From Narcine bancroftii (Eukaryota): a stretch of 64,000 nucleotides of DNA. Both the position numbers and the translations under genes were made by a program. The DNA is taken from positions 136,648,001-136,712,000 of the forward strand of contig NC_091469.1 in NCBI RefSeq assembly GCF_036971445.1, written 5' to 3'. Shown here piece by piece: positions 26,571-38,310 of this stretch (positions within the stretch are counted from its first letter, which is position 1; every line of letters starts with the position of its first letter). The notes beneath the pieces are model-generated. The model was not told the origin of the DNA and ran no database searches. It worked only from the letters and a program-made list of their open reading frames with translations.

Positions 26571-27434
26571 AACTCACAATCTTCTCATGTATATATTTTG
26601 CTGAAAAAATCAGAAAGATCAAGTGTCTTCTCATTCTGGTACACTTTATGGAAGGAATTACTAAATAAATGTAGATTAGAAGTGATCTGGGCAAGAACAA
26701 ATGCAGCATAACTCTCAGTAAAGATAGTGAATCATAAACTCAGAGAAAATAGCTGCAGGAGTAGGTCTTTCAGCCCTTAAAACTACTGTTTATGTGACCT
26801 CAGTACCCTACTCCTGCTTTCTCTCCATACCCCTTCATCCCTTCAGCTGTAAGAGCCACATCCAATTCCCATATGAATATATCTAACTACGATCTCTCTG
26901 CTGCAAAGAGTTTCACAAGTTCACAATTCTCCTCATCTCAATCTTAAATCCTCAGTTCCATTAGCCTGAGACTGTGGTGTTTTGTTCTAGACTGCTCCTC
27001 CAGCATTCTACCTGTGAATGTTTGGGTTTTGCTTTAGATTCTCTGGTTTCATGGGTGCTGGTAGATGGATTGGTTCCTGTAAATTTCTCCAGGGATAGTT
27101 AAGCATCAAAAATATCAAAAGGAATTTGATGGATGTATGAAAGAGAATAGGTGACTACAAAATAGGGACTGATGGTCTCCTTCCATGTCATAATGGTAGT
27201 CTTGATAGCAAAGTGTGCTCTTTTTTATGCCCAATTCACTGCAGCATGCCTGAATTAAAAAATTATCCCTCCTCTTGTTCATTCATCTTACAACATATAA
27301 TCCAGCATTTTAACCCATCTATTCCATCCTGCCAAGCAATTTCATCAACCCCATTCACCAACTTTTATTGTTTATTCTCACAAGCCATCAGCTCCCTCGA
27401 TTCACCCGTCACCTACCACTAAACAGGATCATTT

Positions 27435-27730
27435 AGAACCATAGAACATTACAACTCCAAAACAAACCCTTCAGCCCTTCTCGTCTCTTCTGAAAAATTA
27501 TTCAGTTCAATCCCAATGACCTGCACCCAGTCCATATCCTTCCATACCCCTCCTATCTGTGTATCTGTCCATTTTTTTTTCTTAAATGTTAAAATCGAAC
27601 TCGCATTCAAAATTGCAGCTGGCAGCTCACTTCACATTCCCCCTACTCTCTGCGTGATGAAGTTCCCCCTAATGTTCCTCTTAAACTTTTCCCCTTTCAT
27701 CCTTAACCCATGTTCTCTGGTTTATATCTG
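27435..27730 (-). mobile_element. CR1 LINE, 3' fragment
   Basis: tagaaccatagaac tail; homologous to 34420-34850. Confidence 0.75.
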
Positions 27731-27837
27731 ACAGAAGCCAGTTATCCTAACGACTATCATATATAAGGAATATTGGAGAAAGAGTCTGCATTTGGGTGAG
27801 ATGCGCAGAAGATGCAGAATGTTCCATTTGCAAGTCC

Positions 27838-28062
27838 TGTAAAATCCCGATTATACAGAATTCAAGAAACTGGCAGCCTTAAGCAACTGGCAACAACAAA
27901 AAATTGGAGACAATAAATGGGTAAAAAATCCAAACGTTTAAAATTGGCAACCCCTCATGGTTAGTTCACCAATCACACAACACACAATGTCAAGCAACCG
28001 GCAAATTCACTTATCCAGGATCTACCAATCCCCATAGGTGTCATATTCCAGGGATTTTAGTA
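27838..28062. mobile_element. Shorter degenerate copy of the 12542-13230 MITE family
   Basis: Shares both ends (gtaaaatcccgattatacagaattcaag...ttcacttatcc...cataggtg...ggggattttagta). Confidence 0.7.
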
Positions 28063-28417
28063 AAAATGAATTGCTTAGCAAAAATGTTGACATATATTTG
28101 GAAGGATATGCTTACATTGGGGGCATGGTTCACACGGACAACTCCATACAGTCATACCTAGGTTGCTAGACCAAAGTGTAGCAGTGTTTATTGCCTTTAG
28201 CTAGTTTTTTTCTTGCTGGAGAAATGCATTTCAATAACATCAGAGAGAATGAATTATGATCAACCAAATGAGTCTAACCTTCAATTTCCTTATATTATTG
28301 GAAAGTCGATTTACTGCAACCTAGGAAATGTTTGACGGGCTCTGATAACTTAACTTGGGGCGACAGCCCACTCGTAGGGCGGATACTACTTCAAGCACTG
28401 TTAATCATTCATGAAGC

Positions 28418-28640
28418 CAAACACAAACTGCTGAAGGAACTCAGTGGGTCAAGAAGGATAAGTGGAAATATAAGATTGGTCAACATTTTGAGCTTCAACT
28501 CCTCAGCAAGACTGTGGAAACTTTATGCTCGAAACATTGACTATTTCTTTTTCTCTCACCGATGCTTCTTGACTCGCTGCGCTCCTCCAGCATACTGCGC
28601 TTGACTTCAGATTTCAACATCTGCAGTCTTCGGTGTGTCC
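28418..28640. mobile_element. Palindromic Penelope-tail-derived short element
   Basis: tgctgaaggaactcagtgggtcaag is matched in inverted orientation by cttgactcgctgcgctcctccagca. Similar elements at ~16270-16460, ~35370-35580, ~37650-37870 and ~60985-61130. Confidence 0.65.
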
Positions 28641-28929
28641 CCAGTAAATCATTCATGGATCAATAACATCATTAGCAAGGTCAACCCGTCATTACCCCTC
28701 CTAATTGTTCCCCGAGCTGTGTCTTCCTGCTGCATTTCCAAAATCAGTCAACAGTAAATCACTTGGGAAGGTCTGAAGTTGCACTTAAAGGTGGCAGAGC
28801 TCCTTCCCTTTGGGACATTATGCACTTGACGGTTTAATGGTTAGCATTAGTGATCCTTGCTTTTCAATCACAAATGCACCAAATTATGTTCCCAAATTCA
28901 AATTCAAGTTTCCAGGGACTCTATGGTTA

Positions 28930-29180
28930 GTAGGGCAGTTAGTGCAATGCATTTACAGCACCAGTGACCCGGGCTCGAATCGGACACGGTCTAAAAGGAG
29001 TTTGTGCATTCTCCCTGTGCCTATGTGGGTTTCCTCCGGGTGCTCCGGTTTACTCCCACCCTTCCAAACTTACAGGGTGGAGTGAGGGGTGGTTGTAGAT
29101 CACATGGGTGTAGATAGTTGGCACTGTCTTGTGGGATGGAAAGGCCTGTTACCGCGATGTATGTCTAAATTTAATTTTAA
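28930..29180 (+). mobile_element. V-SINE (HE1-like)
   Basis: Clear V-domain ggagtttgtgcattctccctgtgcctatgtgggtttcctccgggtgctccggtttactcccac. Confidence 0.85.
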
Positions 29181-30044
29181 TCTAAAAAAAAAAGATGTTT
29201 TAAGTCCTGGACATTCAATGCCCATCTCATTTCTTTTTCACTATTTTCCAGTATCATAGCAGAGTAAGTCACTTCAAGTAAAAGAGAATGCATACTAGAC
29301 AATATTAAGGGGACCATCACAATACATCAATGGATTCTGAATCATTATAACTCACAAGGGGAAGAGGAAGAGCTCATAGTCAAGATTACAGAATGTGTTG
29401 CTTTGTCTACAAATACGTTGGACTGGATTTGTCCATTACAAATATGCAAATTAGAAACAAGAGTTGACCGCTTGAGCTAGCACAGACTTTATGAGTCAAA
29501 TGGCTTCCTCTTTCATTATGATTCCATGAATAAAATAATTTCCAAATTATAACAAACTTAAAAAGAGAGGATTTTAAAATATCGCTCATTACTCACCACC
29601 TGGACATTGTAAGTGAACTATTGTTGAAGGCTTGGCTGAGATGGATCAGGATTTTTCAAACAAACTTGCGACAAAGCTCCTCCATGTAAATTCTGTACAA
29701 GAAGTAAACCATGCAGCAGATTAGAGATTGGGTATGGTTCATGCAGAGTTGTGAGAGAGTGTCCATTAGACAATTGACACGGCCCTAGATATGATGTAAA
29801 CACCCATGCCAGAATTGATCAGAGTCACTTGGATTTTAACTTAAATTTCACAAGTATAATAATGTTTGCGGTCAGACTGAAGGTCGAATGAGAAGGGACA
29901 GGCTTTACGTTCATTTGTGAAGCAAAGGGATCGATTCAATTAAGATGACATGAGAGCAGTTATTGCAACATTATTACAGCACCAACGACCTGGGTTCTAA
30001 TCTGCTGCTGTCTGTAAGGACTTTGTATATTCTCCCCTTGACCC

Positions 30045-30950
30045 GACTACAACTCATCCTTCAATACCATCAACACAGGATGTGTGCTTAGCCCATTGTT
30101 CTACTCATTGTACACCCATGACTATGTGGCCAGGCACAATTCCAATGCTATCTACAGTTGTCAGTGGAATCACAAATGGCAATGAGGAAGCATACAAGAG
30201 AGAGATAAGTCAGCTCATTGAATGGTGTAACGACTACAACCTTGCGCTCAAAGTTAGCAAAACCACATGATTGTGGAGTTCAGAAGGAAGTCAGAGGAAA
30301 ACAACCCAGTCCTTATCGAGGGGTCAGTAGTGGAGAGGGTCAAGAACTTAAAATACCTGGGTGTCAAAATCTGAGGATCTGTCCTGGAGCCTGCACATTG
30401 ATGCAATCACAAAAAAGGCTCACCAGCGGCTACACTTCGTGAGGTATCTAAGATTTGTTATGTCACCGAGAACGCTTGAAAACTTCTACAGGTGTACCGT
30501 GGAGACCATTCTGGCTGGTTGCATCACTGCTTCATGGTATGAGGCACTGATGTGGAGGCGCCAACTCTCAGGACAAGAATCAACTCCAGGGGTTTGTTAA
30601 CTCGGCCTGTGACATCACAGGCACCAGACTTCACTCCATCGAGGACATCTACATGAGACAGTGTCTTTAAAAAAAAACACCTTCCATTCTAAAAGACCCC
30701 CACCACCCAGGCCACACCTTCTTCACTCAACTACTATTGGGGAAAAGATACAGGAGCCTCAAGACATGCACTCAACGGCACAAGGACAGCCTCTTCCCCA
30801 CTGCCATCAGATTCCTGAATAATCAATGAACCAAAGTCACTGCCTTACATTTCATGCACAACTATTTTCTTTAATTGAAAGAAATGTTGCAAGATGGTTA
30901 TAAGCATCGAATTTCATGACTCGTTCATGACAATAAATTCTAATTCTGAC
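30045..30950 (+). mobile_element. Rex1/Babar LINE fragment inserted in a V-SINE
   Basis: SEDLSWSLHIDAITKKAHQRLHF..FYRCTVETILAGCIT. SINE halves lie at ~29970-30044 and ~30950-31070. Confidence 0.85.
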
Positions 30951-32084
30951 CTACGCAGGTTTTCTCCGATCCTCCAAAAGTGCCCAGGGTTGGTAAGTTA
31001 TTGGGTGCAATTGGGCAGCATGGGTTTCATGGGTCAGAAGGGCCTTCCATCATGCAGTATGGTTAATTTTGTTAAAAATTATTCATAGGCGAACCAGTGC
31101 CGACGTTGAGATGTGATCAATGGTGGGAGAATTTCATTTGAGGGAACAAAGTGGTACCATTAGAGGTTGATCATTTAAAACTGAGTTTCACAGAAACTCT
31201 TTTTCACAGAATGTGATCAATGCCCGGAGGCATGTCATTGGATGTATTTTTTTAAAAATGCAGATACATTTGAATTTTGCACAGGAGAGATGAGCCCTGA
31301 GGCTGATCAATTTCATGGGAGGCTCGAGTGGCCAAATCCTTTGCTTATGTCCTTTTACTGTGAGATATTGGACATTTACACAGCATGATCTCCTCCTGGA
31401 ACATGTCCCACTGACTGAGATCTGATAGTCATTTGATAATTAAAAGCTGTGTTATATAATTCTTAATGAAATCTGTCCCGATTATCTTCTATTGCTCTGA
31501 ACCTGGTCTGACTGCCCACTTCAGAATAAAACTGGATGCAAAAAGTTCATGCAAATCTCTCCTCTGCTTCACCAAGAGCATGCACATTCAATGCAAAAAA
31601 AACATCCCTCTTCCCTGCCAAAATTTGATCCAAAATATATTTTTGAATCAACAATGCTGTCAAAATGCACGCACGGTCCCCAATCAATTAATATATATAT
31701 ATATACTGACTCGATTGCATCTTTTTTAAAATCTCTATTTGGAGCAGGTTTTTGCCCCTGAACTAAAACAGGATTTACTGCAATGTATGGAAAGAGTGTT
31801 TCAATGGTGATGCATTTTATCTAATCAAAGGTTGGACTTGAAAAAGATTTTTAAAAATTGAAGGGAGTTTGATTTTCTTAATTAGCATTAGAGAGCAATA
31901 AATAAAAATGGACTACAAAGATTTTACTTCCTGAATACATTTGGCTGTATTTTATGGATTTTAGCCTGCAAAAATCACTGTCAACATTTCTCATCACAAA
32001 CTTTTCTTTTAAGATCTAATGTATATTTTGTGATTTTCTGTCTTTTTTAAGCATACACATCGATGAAGTGCAACATGTCTTTTA

Positions 32085-32420
32085 AAAATTATTTTTCTGC
32101 ATTCGCACTTGGACGTCTTCCCTGCTGATTGTGGTGAAGTTAGTCACAAACATGGTGAAAGGTTTCACCAGGACATGGTGACTATGGAAAAGTGGTATCA
32201 GGGGAACTATAATACTGGCCGACTATTGTAGGACACTGACGCAAGAGGCATCAGATGCTGAGGACAAATGAAAATCAGCGGCAAAACATTTTTTTTGGTC
32301 AGTTGAACTAACGCAATGTGTCAACATCATTACGCGATTAAACATGCTAAATTCAATAAAAGTTAATTTCATGTTTCTCCAACTTTCTACGTGATACAGC
32401 AAATCTGAAATTATGTTTAA
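32085..32420 (+). mobile_element. DNA transposon 3' remnant, probably CMC/Chapaev3-like
   Basis: Translates to FLHSHLDVFPADCGEVSHKHGERFHQDMVTMEKWYQG..LADYCRTL. I associate this C-terminal motif with Chapaev3 transposases from memory. Confidence 0.7.
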
Positions 32421-32436
32421 ATTTAATTTTTTTTAA

Positions 32437-32668
32437 ATTTAGATGTGCAGTACAGTAACAGGCCAATTGGGCCTACAAGACCTTGCAGCCCAATTTACAC
32501 CCAATTATCCTATGCCCTGGTACATTTCGAATGGTGGAAGGAGACTATAGCCCCCCGGGGAAAACACTTGCAGACACAGGGAGAATGTATAAGCTCCTTA
32601 CAGATAGCGTGGGATTTGAACCCATGTCCCAACAGCTGTAAAGGCGTTGCTCTAATCGCTACACCAGT
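32437..32668 (-). mobile_element. V-SINE (HE1-like)
   Basis: Homologous to the other copies. Confidence 0.75.
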
Positions 32669-32801
32669 CTTTCCTTGGTTTGTTCAGCTTGATCTTGTCT
32701 ATCATAATCCCCAATTTGCTTTACGAAAGCAAACCTTTTGGGGGAAAAAAACTGTTGTTCAGTGTAATCAAATATATTTGTCTTTGATAAAGAGAGGCTA
32801 C

Positions 32802-33041
32802 TGTAGAGCTCGTCGAAAGAACCAAAGACTTGTTGATCCAAACCAAGGCTTTTATTAGCAAAAGACAGGAGCTCTTCACAGGTGGCCGACCAGTCCGGAA
32901 TGATCCGACCTGGCTAGGGACACAACCCTTTAAGGCCCAGACAATAGGTGTGACTTAGCTCTCAGCCAATCGCTGTAAGCACAGTCTAGATACAGTAACT
33001 ATATACACTATGTACATTGGTGATAGATCTGTACTATCACA
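32802..33041 (-). mobile_element. Solo LTR, 240 bp
   Basis: TGT...ACA ends; perfect 5-bp TSD GCTAC (32797-32801 and 33042-33046); minus-strand AATAAA at ~32852. Confidence 0.9.
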
Positions 33042-33262
33042 GCTACCACTTTATAGGATTCAACCTTTCATCTTCAATAAAATCAAAGCTCTTCCAGCCA
33101 ATGGTTCATTATAAAATCTTCCACAGTAAGATTTTCAGACACACAAAAATATTTAACACCATACTGATATACATAAAACTTCCTATAAACATGATGAATA
33201 TCATGTTGAATAATTAAATAAATGAATAGATTTTAATTTATTCCAAATTTTGTTGATCCTTG

Positions 33263-33295
33263 CACTTGATCTTAGCCAAAAGACCGAGAAGCCAT
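33263..33295 (-). pseudogene. RNU2: 3'-truncated U2 snRNA retrocopy (nt 1-33)
   Basis: Minus strand ATGGCTTCTCGGTCTTTTGGCTAAGATCAAGTG vs vertebrate U2 ATCGCTTCTCGGCCTTTTGGCTAAGATCAAGTG (31/33). Flanked by ttgttgatccttg and ttgttggtcctag. Confidence 0.9.
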
Positions 33296-33904
33296 TTGTT
33301 GGTCCTAGCAACCGTTTGGTCGTAGCGACCTGTGTGTCCCATTCATCTGAGGGATCAGTCATTCGACTGAAGAAAATTTTCTTTTCTTAGCACATTATAA
33401 TTCTTTGTATCTTCTGCACAGGAGGATTATAGATGGTCAGTCATTAATTATATTCAATACCAAATTGATGGATTCTTAAAACGGAAATCAATTAATATGG
33501 GAAATATGTATAAAGTGATCAGCCATGGGGCTAAATCTAGTTGGATACCTTGATTTAACAGCCATGCTTACACAGGCCAGATGCAGAGCTGACCCTCCCA
33601 CCCTGAGGTTGTACCCCATGAGGAACACTGAGGCCTCAAACAGGGAAGTTTTGAACAATTCACCCCTTCTTTGACCATTGCCTTCTCAGAGTTTGCCATT
33701 TGACAATGGAATGGGCTGCAAACATCCCTGCTTGAGGAATTGGAGCCACCTGCTGGACGACAAAACATTTACAGCCTCAGCGATGCCTCCACAAAGCATT
33801 AGCTTGAAAACATCCCTTGACAAAAACAGTTACCAGTTCTGGATTCTCTCAGTGCTGAAGAGAGGAGGGATTGAAAGAGATGTCTTAGTGAATTTATTTT
33901 TTAA

Positions 33905-34120
33905 TAAACTTAGACATACAGCAGAATGCCAGACCCTACCAGCACAAATACACCAATTAACCTATAAATCTTGTTATTTTTTGGAGCTTGAGAGGAAATT
34001 GGAGAACCAGAGGAAACCCACATGAATGCAGAGTTTAAACTCCTTACAGACTGCACCAGATTCAAAACCTGATCATCGGTGCTGTAACAATATTGCACTA
34101 ACCGCTATGCTATCCTTGCC
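33905..34120 (-). mobile_element. V-SINE (HE1-like), degenerate
   Basis: Homologous to the other copies. Confidence 0.65.
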
Positions 34121-34419
34121 ACTCTATGTAATTCTAAAGCCCCATCTTGAAACATTCTTCATCCCAGGATATGTCATCAGCTGTTTGGGGAATAGGTGCC
34201 ATAGAAGGGATCACTGCACAGGAAGAATTGTTGCCGAGCAAAATAAAACTGGGCTAACCAATTTTTAAGTTCCTTTTTACACCTTCTTTTCCCTGGAGCA
34301 AAGAGGGGTGACCACGCAGGATCCATTGATAGCAAAAGGAAGGCCTGAGGAAGGGCTTTGGCCTGAATCAACTGCCTTTTGCTTTCTATGGATGCTGCAT
34401 GACCTGCTGTTTCTCTAGC

Positions 34420-34850
34420 AAAGAACAGAAACAGGCCCCTTCAGTCTGTGCAAACCATTTTTTTTTGCCTAATCCCACTGAGCTGCACCCAGTCCATAGC
34501 CATCCATACCTCTCCCATCCATATATCTGTCCAAGTTCTTCTTAAATGTTAAAATGAATAACTTGTTCCATACTCCCACCACTTTCTGTGTAAAGAGGTT
34601 CCCCCTTCATGTTCCTTCAAAGCATTTCCCCTTTCACTCTTAACCCATGTCCTCTGATTTGTATCTCACCTATCTTCAGTGGAAAAAGCCTATCTACATT
34701 TATTCTGTCCATGTCCCTTGTATCTCTTTCAAATCTCCCCTCATTCTTCTACTCTCCATGGAATAAAGTCCTAACCCGTTTATCCTTTCCCTGTACTCGT
34801 TCCTGAAGTCCAGACAACATTCTAGTACACCTTCTCTGAGCTCTTTCTAT
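34420..34850 (-). mobile_element. CR1 LINE, 3' fragment
   Basis: IERAQRRCTRMLSGL motif and a CR1 3' UTR. Confidence 0.8.
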
Positions 34851-34879
34851 CTTACTTACTTGAGGGGTAAACTCATATG

Positions 34880-35235
34880 GATATGCAGGATTACGAGAGG
34901 CATGAAAAGTGTAGAGAGTGAAAGTTTCTTTTTTTCTGTGGTCAAGGTACCAACCATAAGAGAGCAGAGGTTTAAGGTGCAAGGAAGGGGTTTTAAATGG
35001 TAATTGAATCATAAGGTTTTTTTGTACAGAGGATGGTTAATATTTGGAACATACTGCCAGAGGAGATGGTGGAAACAATTGTATTTATGATGTTTAACAT
35101 GCATTTAGACAAATCAGCAAGAAGTAAAACAATACAGGACTTGTGCAGGCAAATTGTATTGGGATTGATGGGTGAAAAGGTTGGTGTGAATATGATGGGC
35201 GGAAAGGTCTGTTTCTGTGCTGTACAATTATTCTG
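34880..35235 (+). mobile_element. CR1 LINE, degenerate 3' fragment
   Basis: (FVQR)MVNIWNILPEEMVE..FNMHLDK. Confidence 0.75.
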
Positions 35236-37249
35236 AGATAAAAATGTAATAATGTAATAATTTGTAATGAGATGACCTTGTCTCTTGTCATGGTCACACA
35301 TTTTTGTGTGTGAGAGCACATTACCCAGTGTGATTTTTGAATTAGACTTTTACAAACTTTTAGCAAACAATGAGAAGCTGGGAGGGGCTCAGGAGATCAG
35401 GCAGTCTCCATAGAGAGTCAACGTTTAAGGTTGAGACACTTTATTGACACCAACATATTTTTGACTCGAGAAAGGGTCCCGATCAGAAACCTTGACTGTC
35501 CATTCCTCTCCATGAATGTTTACTGGACCTGCTGATCCCCGCATGGTTTCTTTCAGATACCAGCATCTGCATTTCTTGTTTAACACTGTTTTTTTTAACG
35601 TGCTGAACCTGTAAAAAAAATCTTTTTATAAATTTACATTATAATATAAAATTAGCTTAAAAAAATCACTTCAGGTACATTGTATGATAGCTTCAAAACT
35701 AACTAGATTCGATGAGAAAAAAATCAAAATATGGGCATCAGAGTGCGGGATCTCCTTATATTCCTGTGGCACATTAAGTTGAGCCCCGTAATGCTTCAGG
35801 GAAGCTGTGAAGTTGAGTGATTACACTGTGTTAACTCATGACCTGATTGTCCTACATTCAGAACACAAAATGCTCGTCTTTGTTCTTATAATGTTTCACC
35901 TAAGATTGGTAGAATAGAAATCAGCCGAAAAAAAAAACACCTGCATTTTCCTTCAAGACTGTAATTTTCATAATTTTTATTCCTCTTCTTGTATACATTT
36001 ACTGTTGAAAAATCTTGAAGCATATTCAAATTTGTTCCACTAATCCTACTCCCTCAACAGAAGATAAAATTATACTTATTTTTTTGGAATATTTAACAGG
36101 AAATTTAAGTTATTGGCAAATAAACCAATGCAAAATGTAATAACATTTATGTTACATTTGGTTTACTATTTATTATATACATATATAATATATATATCTA
36201 TATTACATATTGTTTTTCATGTTTATGCGTTATATCTGTATGTTACATGCTTTTGCACCAAGGACTGGAGAATACTGTTTGTTGGGTTGAGCTTGGACAA
36301 TCGCATGATAACAAAAATTGAATTTGAATTTGAACTTGATCTTGGAATAACGTGACAGAGAGTTCCAGAGATGGCAGGTTTGCCATCTGAGGAGACATTG
36401 GGGAGATTTGACTTGAATTCAATTCTTTGTCATCATGTGTACTGAGCTGCAGTAAATAGCTTTGTTTTGTGTGTAATTGAGGCAAGTTAATTTATACTTA
36501 AGTACGTTACTCAGAAATGTTGGAGAAACTCAGCAAGTCATGTAGCTTTATTTACATAGCAGAGAAAAAGTCACAAATATTTCAGGCCTGAGCCCAACAA
36601 TAGGTAAAAACGAACGTGCAGGATATAAAATAAAATAGGGCAGACTAGTATTGCAAGAACCAAGATGAGGTGAAGTCCCAAGGGCTGTAAATCTGTCGAA
36701 GCCATTGCCACATGTGAAGGCTGAGTCATTTGGTATATTCAAAGCAGAGATTGATAAATTCTTAATCAAAGATTAGAAGATGACAAAAAATTGGGTTGAA
36801 TGGAAATGAATAAAAGTGCAACGTGTCGAGAAAGGTACAATTAAAGCAGTGCAAGGGGACCATCTTTTTACCAATGAGAGCACCATTTCTCTCCAGTTTA
36901 GAAGAGTTAAAGAGCATTGCAATACAACTTCAATGTTCTTCCAAAGCAGATGCAGGTTGGAATCTTCCCCCAAAGAGGCCGAGGGGTTTCAGAATAAAGG
37001 GTGATTTGTTTGTTGCTCCAGATTCTGGCATCTACAATCTCTTGCGTCTCCATCTTCCACTTAGCACATGGGAATCACATTCACTTTATAAAGGACTGAC
37101 GAACAATGGCTCTCAGTCATTCAGCATGTTGATTTTAAATTCTCACTCATCTTTCCAAGACTTTCCGTTCCCACAAATCTTCAATAATATCCTCCGATCT
37201 ACCCAGATCATCATTCTTCTCCACTTCCAGTTTCCTGATCAGATTTTAG

Positions 37250-37470
37250 TGGTTGGCACACATCAGCAATCCAGGTTCAAATCCAGAACTATCTGTCAGG
37301 AGTTTGCATGTTCTCCCCAGGTCTGCATAGGTTTTCTCCAGGTTCTCTGCTTTCCTCCAACCCTTCAAAATTAACGGCATTGTAGGTTTATTGGATGTAA
37401 TTTTGGTGGCACGTGCTTGTGGGCCGAAAAGGCCTGTTACTGTGCAGTACATCAAACTTGCATTTAATTT
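37250..37470 (+). mobile_element. V-SINE (HE1-like)
   Basis: ggttcaaatcc B-box followed by a V-domain core. Confidence 0.75.
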
Positions 37471-38310
37471 ACCTTGAACTCTAAAATTCACCATTTATTC
37501 TCTTGAGGATAATCTTTTAAAAATTGATAGCTTGAGCAAGCTTTTGGTCACACGTTGAAGCATTCGATGAGGCTGAAGAACTTTTTTTGTACTTTTGCAA
37601 CACACTTTCATGTTTTATTCAACTGAATGCACAATAAATGCAATTACAAACAAAAAGCAGCGGAGGGAATCAGCAGGTCAGGCGACATCCATGGGAGAGC
37701 AATGGACCATCAGCATTTCGAATTGGGACCCCGTCTCAAAATTCAAAGAAAAAGCATCCCACCCCAAACATTGATTGTTTATTTCTCACCACGGGCCCTG
37801 CCTAACCCGTTGACTCTCTTCTGTTCCTCTTCATTTGTTCATGGTTCGAAGATCAGCAGCTCTTGTGGTTTTTTTTAAATATAAAAGTTCTTAAATTCCC
37901 GCCACGTAAACTCATACCATGGTAACCAGTCTTCAGAAATAACACCCCATTTTATTTGCTGTCAGGAGGAGTTTACAACAAGATAGATTGTCCTTTGATC
38001 TCAGCTTTAACTGGTGATTGCTGACATTATTCCTATTTGACTGCTGCCTTCATGTTGAGGGTTCACTTTAATACTTTCCCTTTGGTATTTCGGTCTTATT
38101 TCTATATCAAGACTTGGATGAGATAAGGAACTGGATGGTTCTGACAGGAGGAGGATGATCTCTTTAGGAAAGTTTGTTGACAAGTCAATGCTACTCAATG
38201 GCATTAGAAGATGTCATTATAACAACCCATTCTCACCAGAAAGTGCCAGGAACAGTGGAGACCAGCAGGGAAAGCAACTTTGCATAGTTGCTTCAGAAGA
38301 GAGGCTAGAG

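Noticed and set aside
26231-26711. Long ORFs spanning the first gap
   Set aside because: Artefacts of N runs and a minisatellite.
29597-29692. Minus-strand exon candidate with a strong GTGAGT donor
   Set aside because: All three frames contain stops and there is no other support.
34420-35235. Adjacent inverted CR1 3' ends as a single inversion event
   Set aside because: The two halves are too diverged and look like independent insertions.
36823-37374. 183-aa ORF
   Set aside because: Runs through a Penelope-tail remnant and a SINE; no protein motifs.
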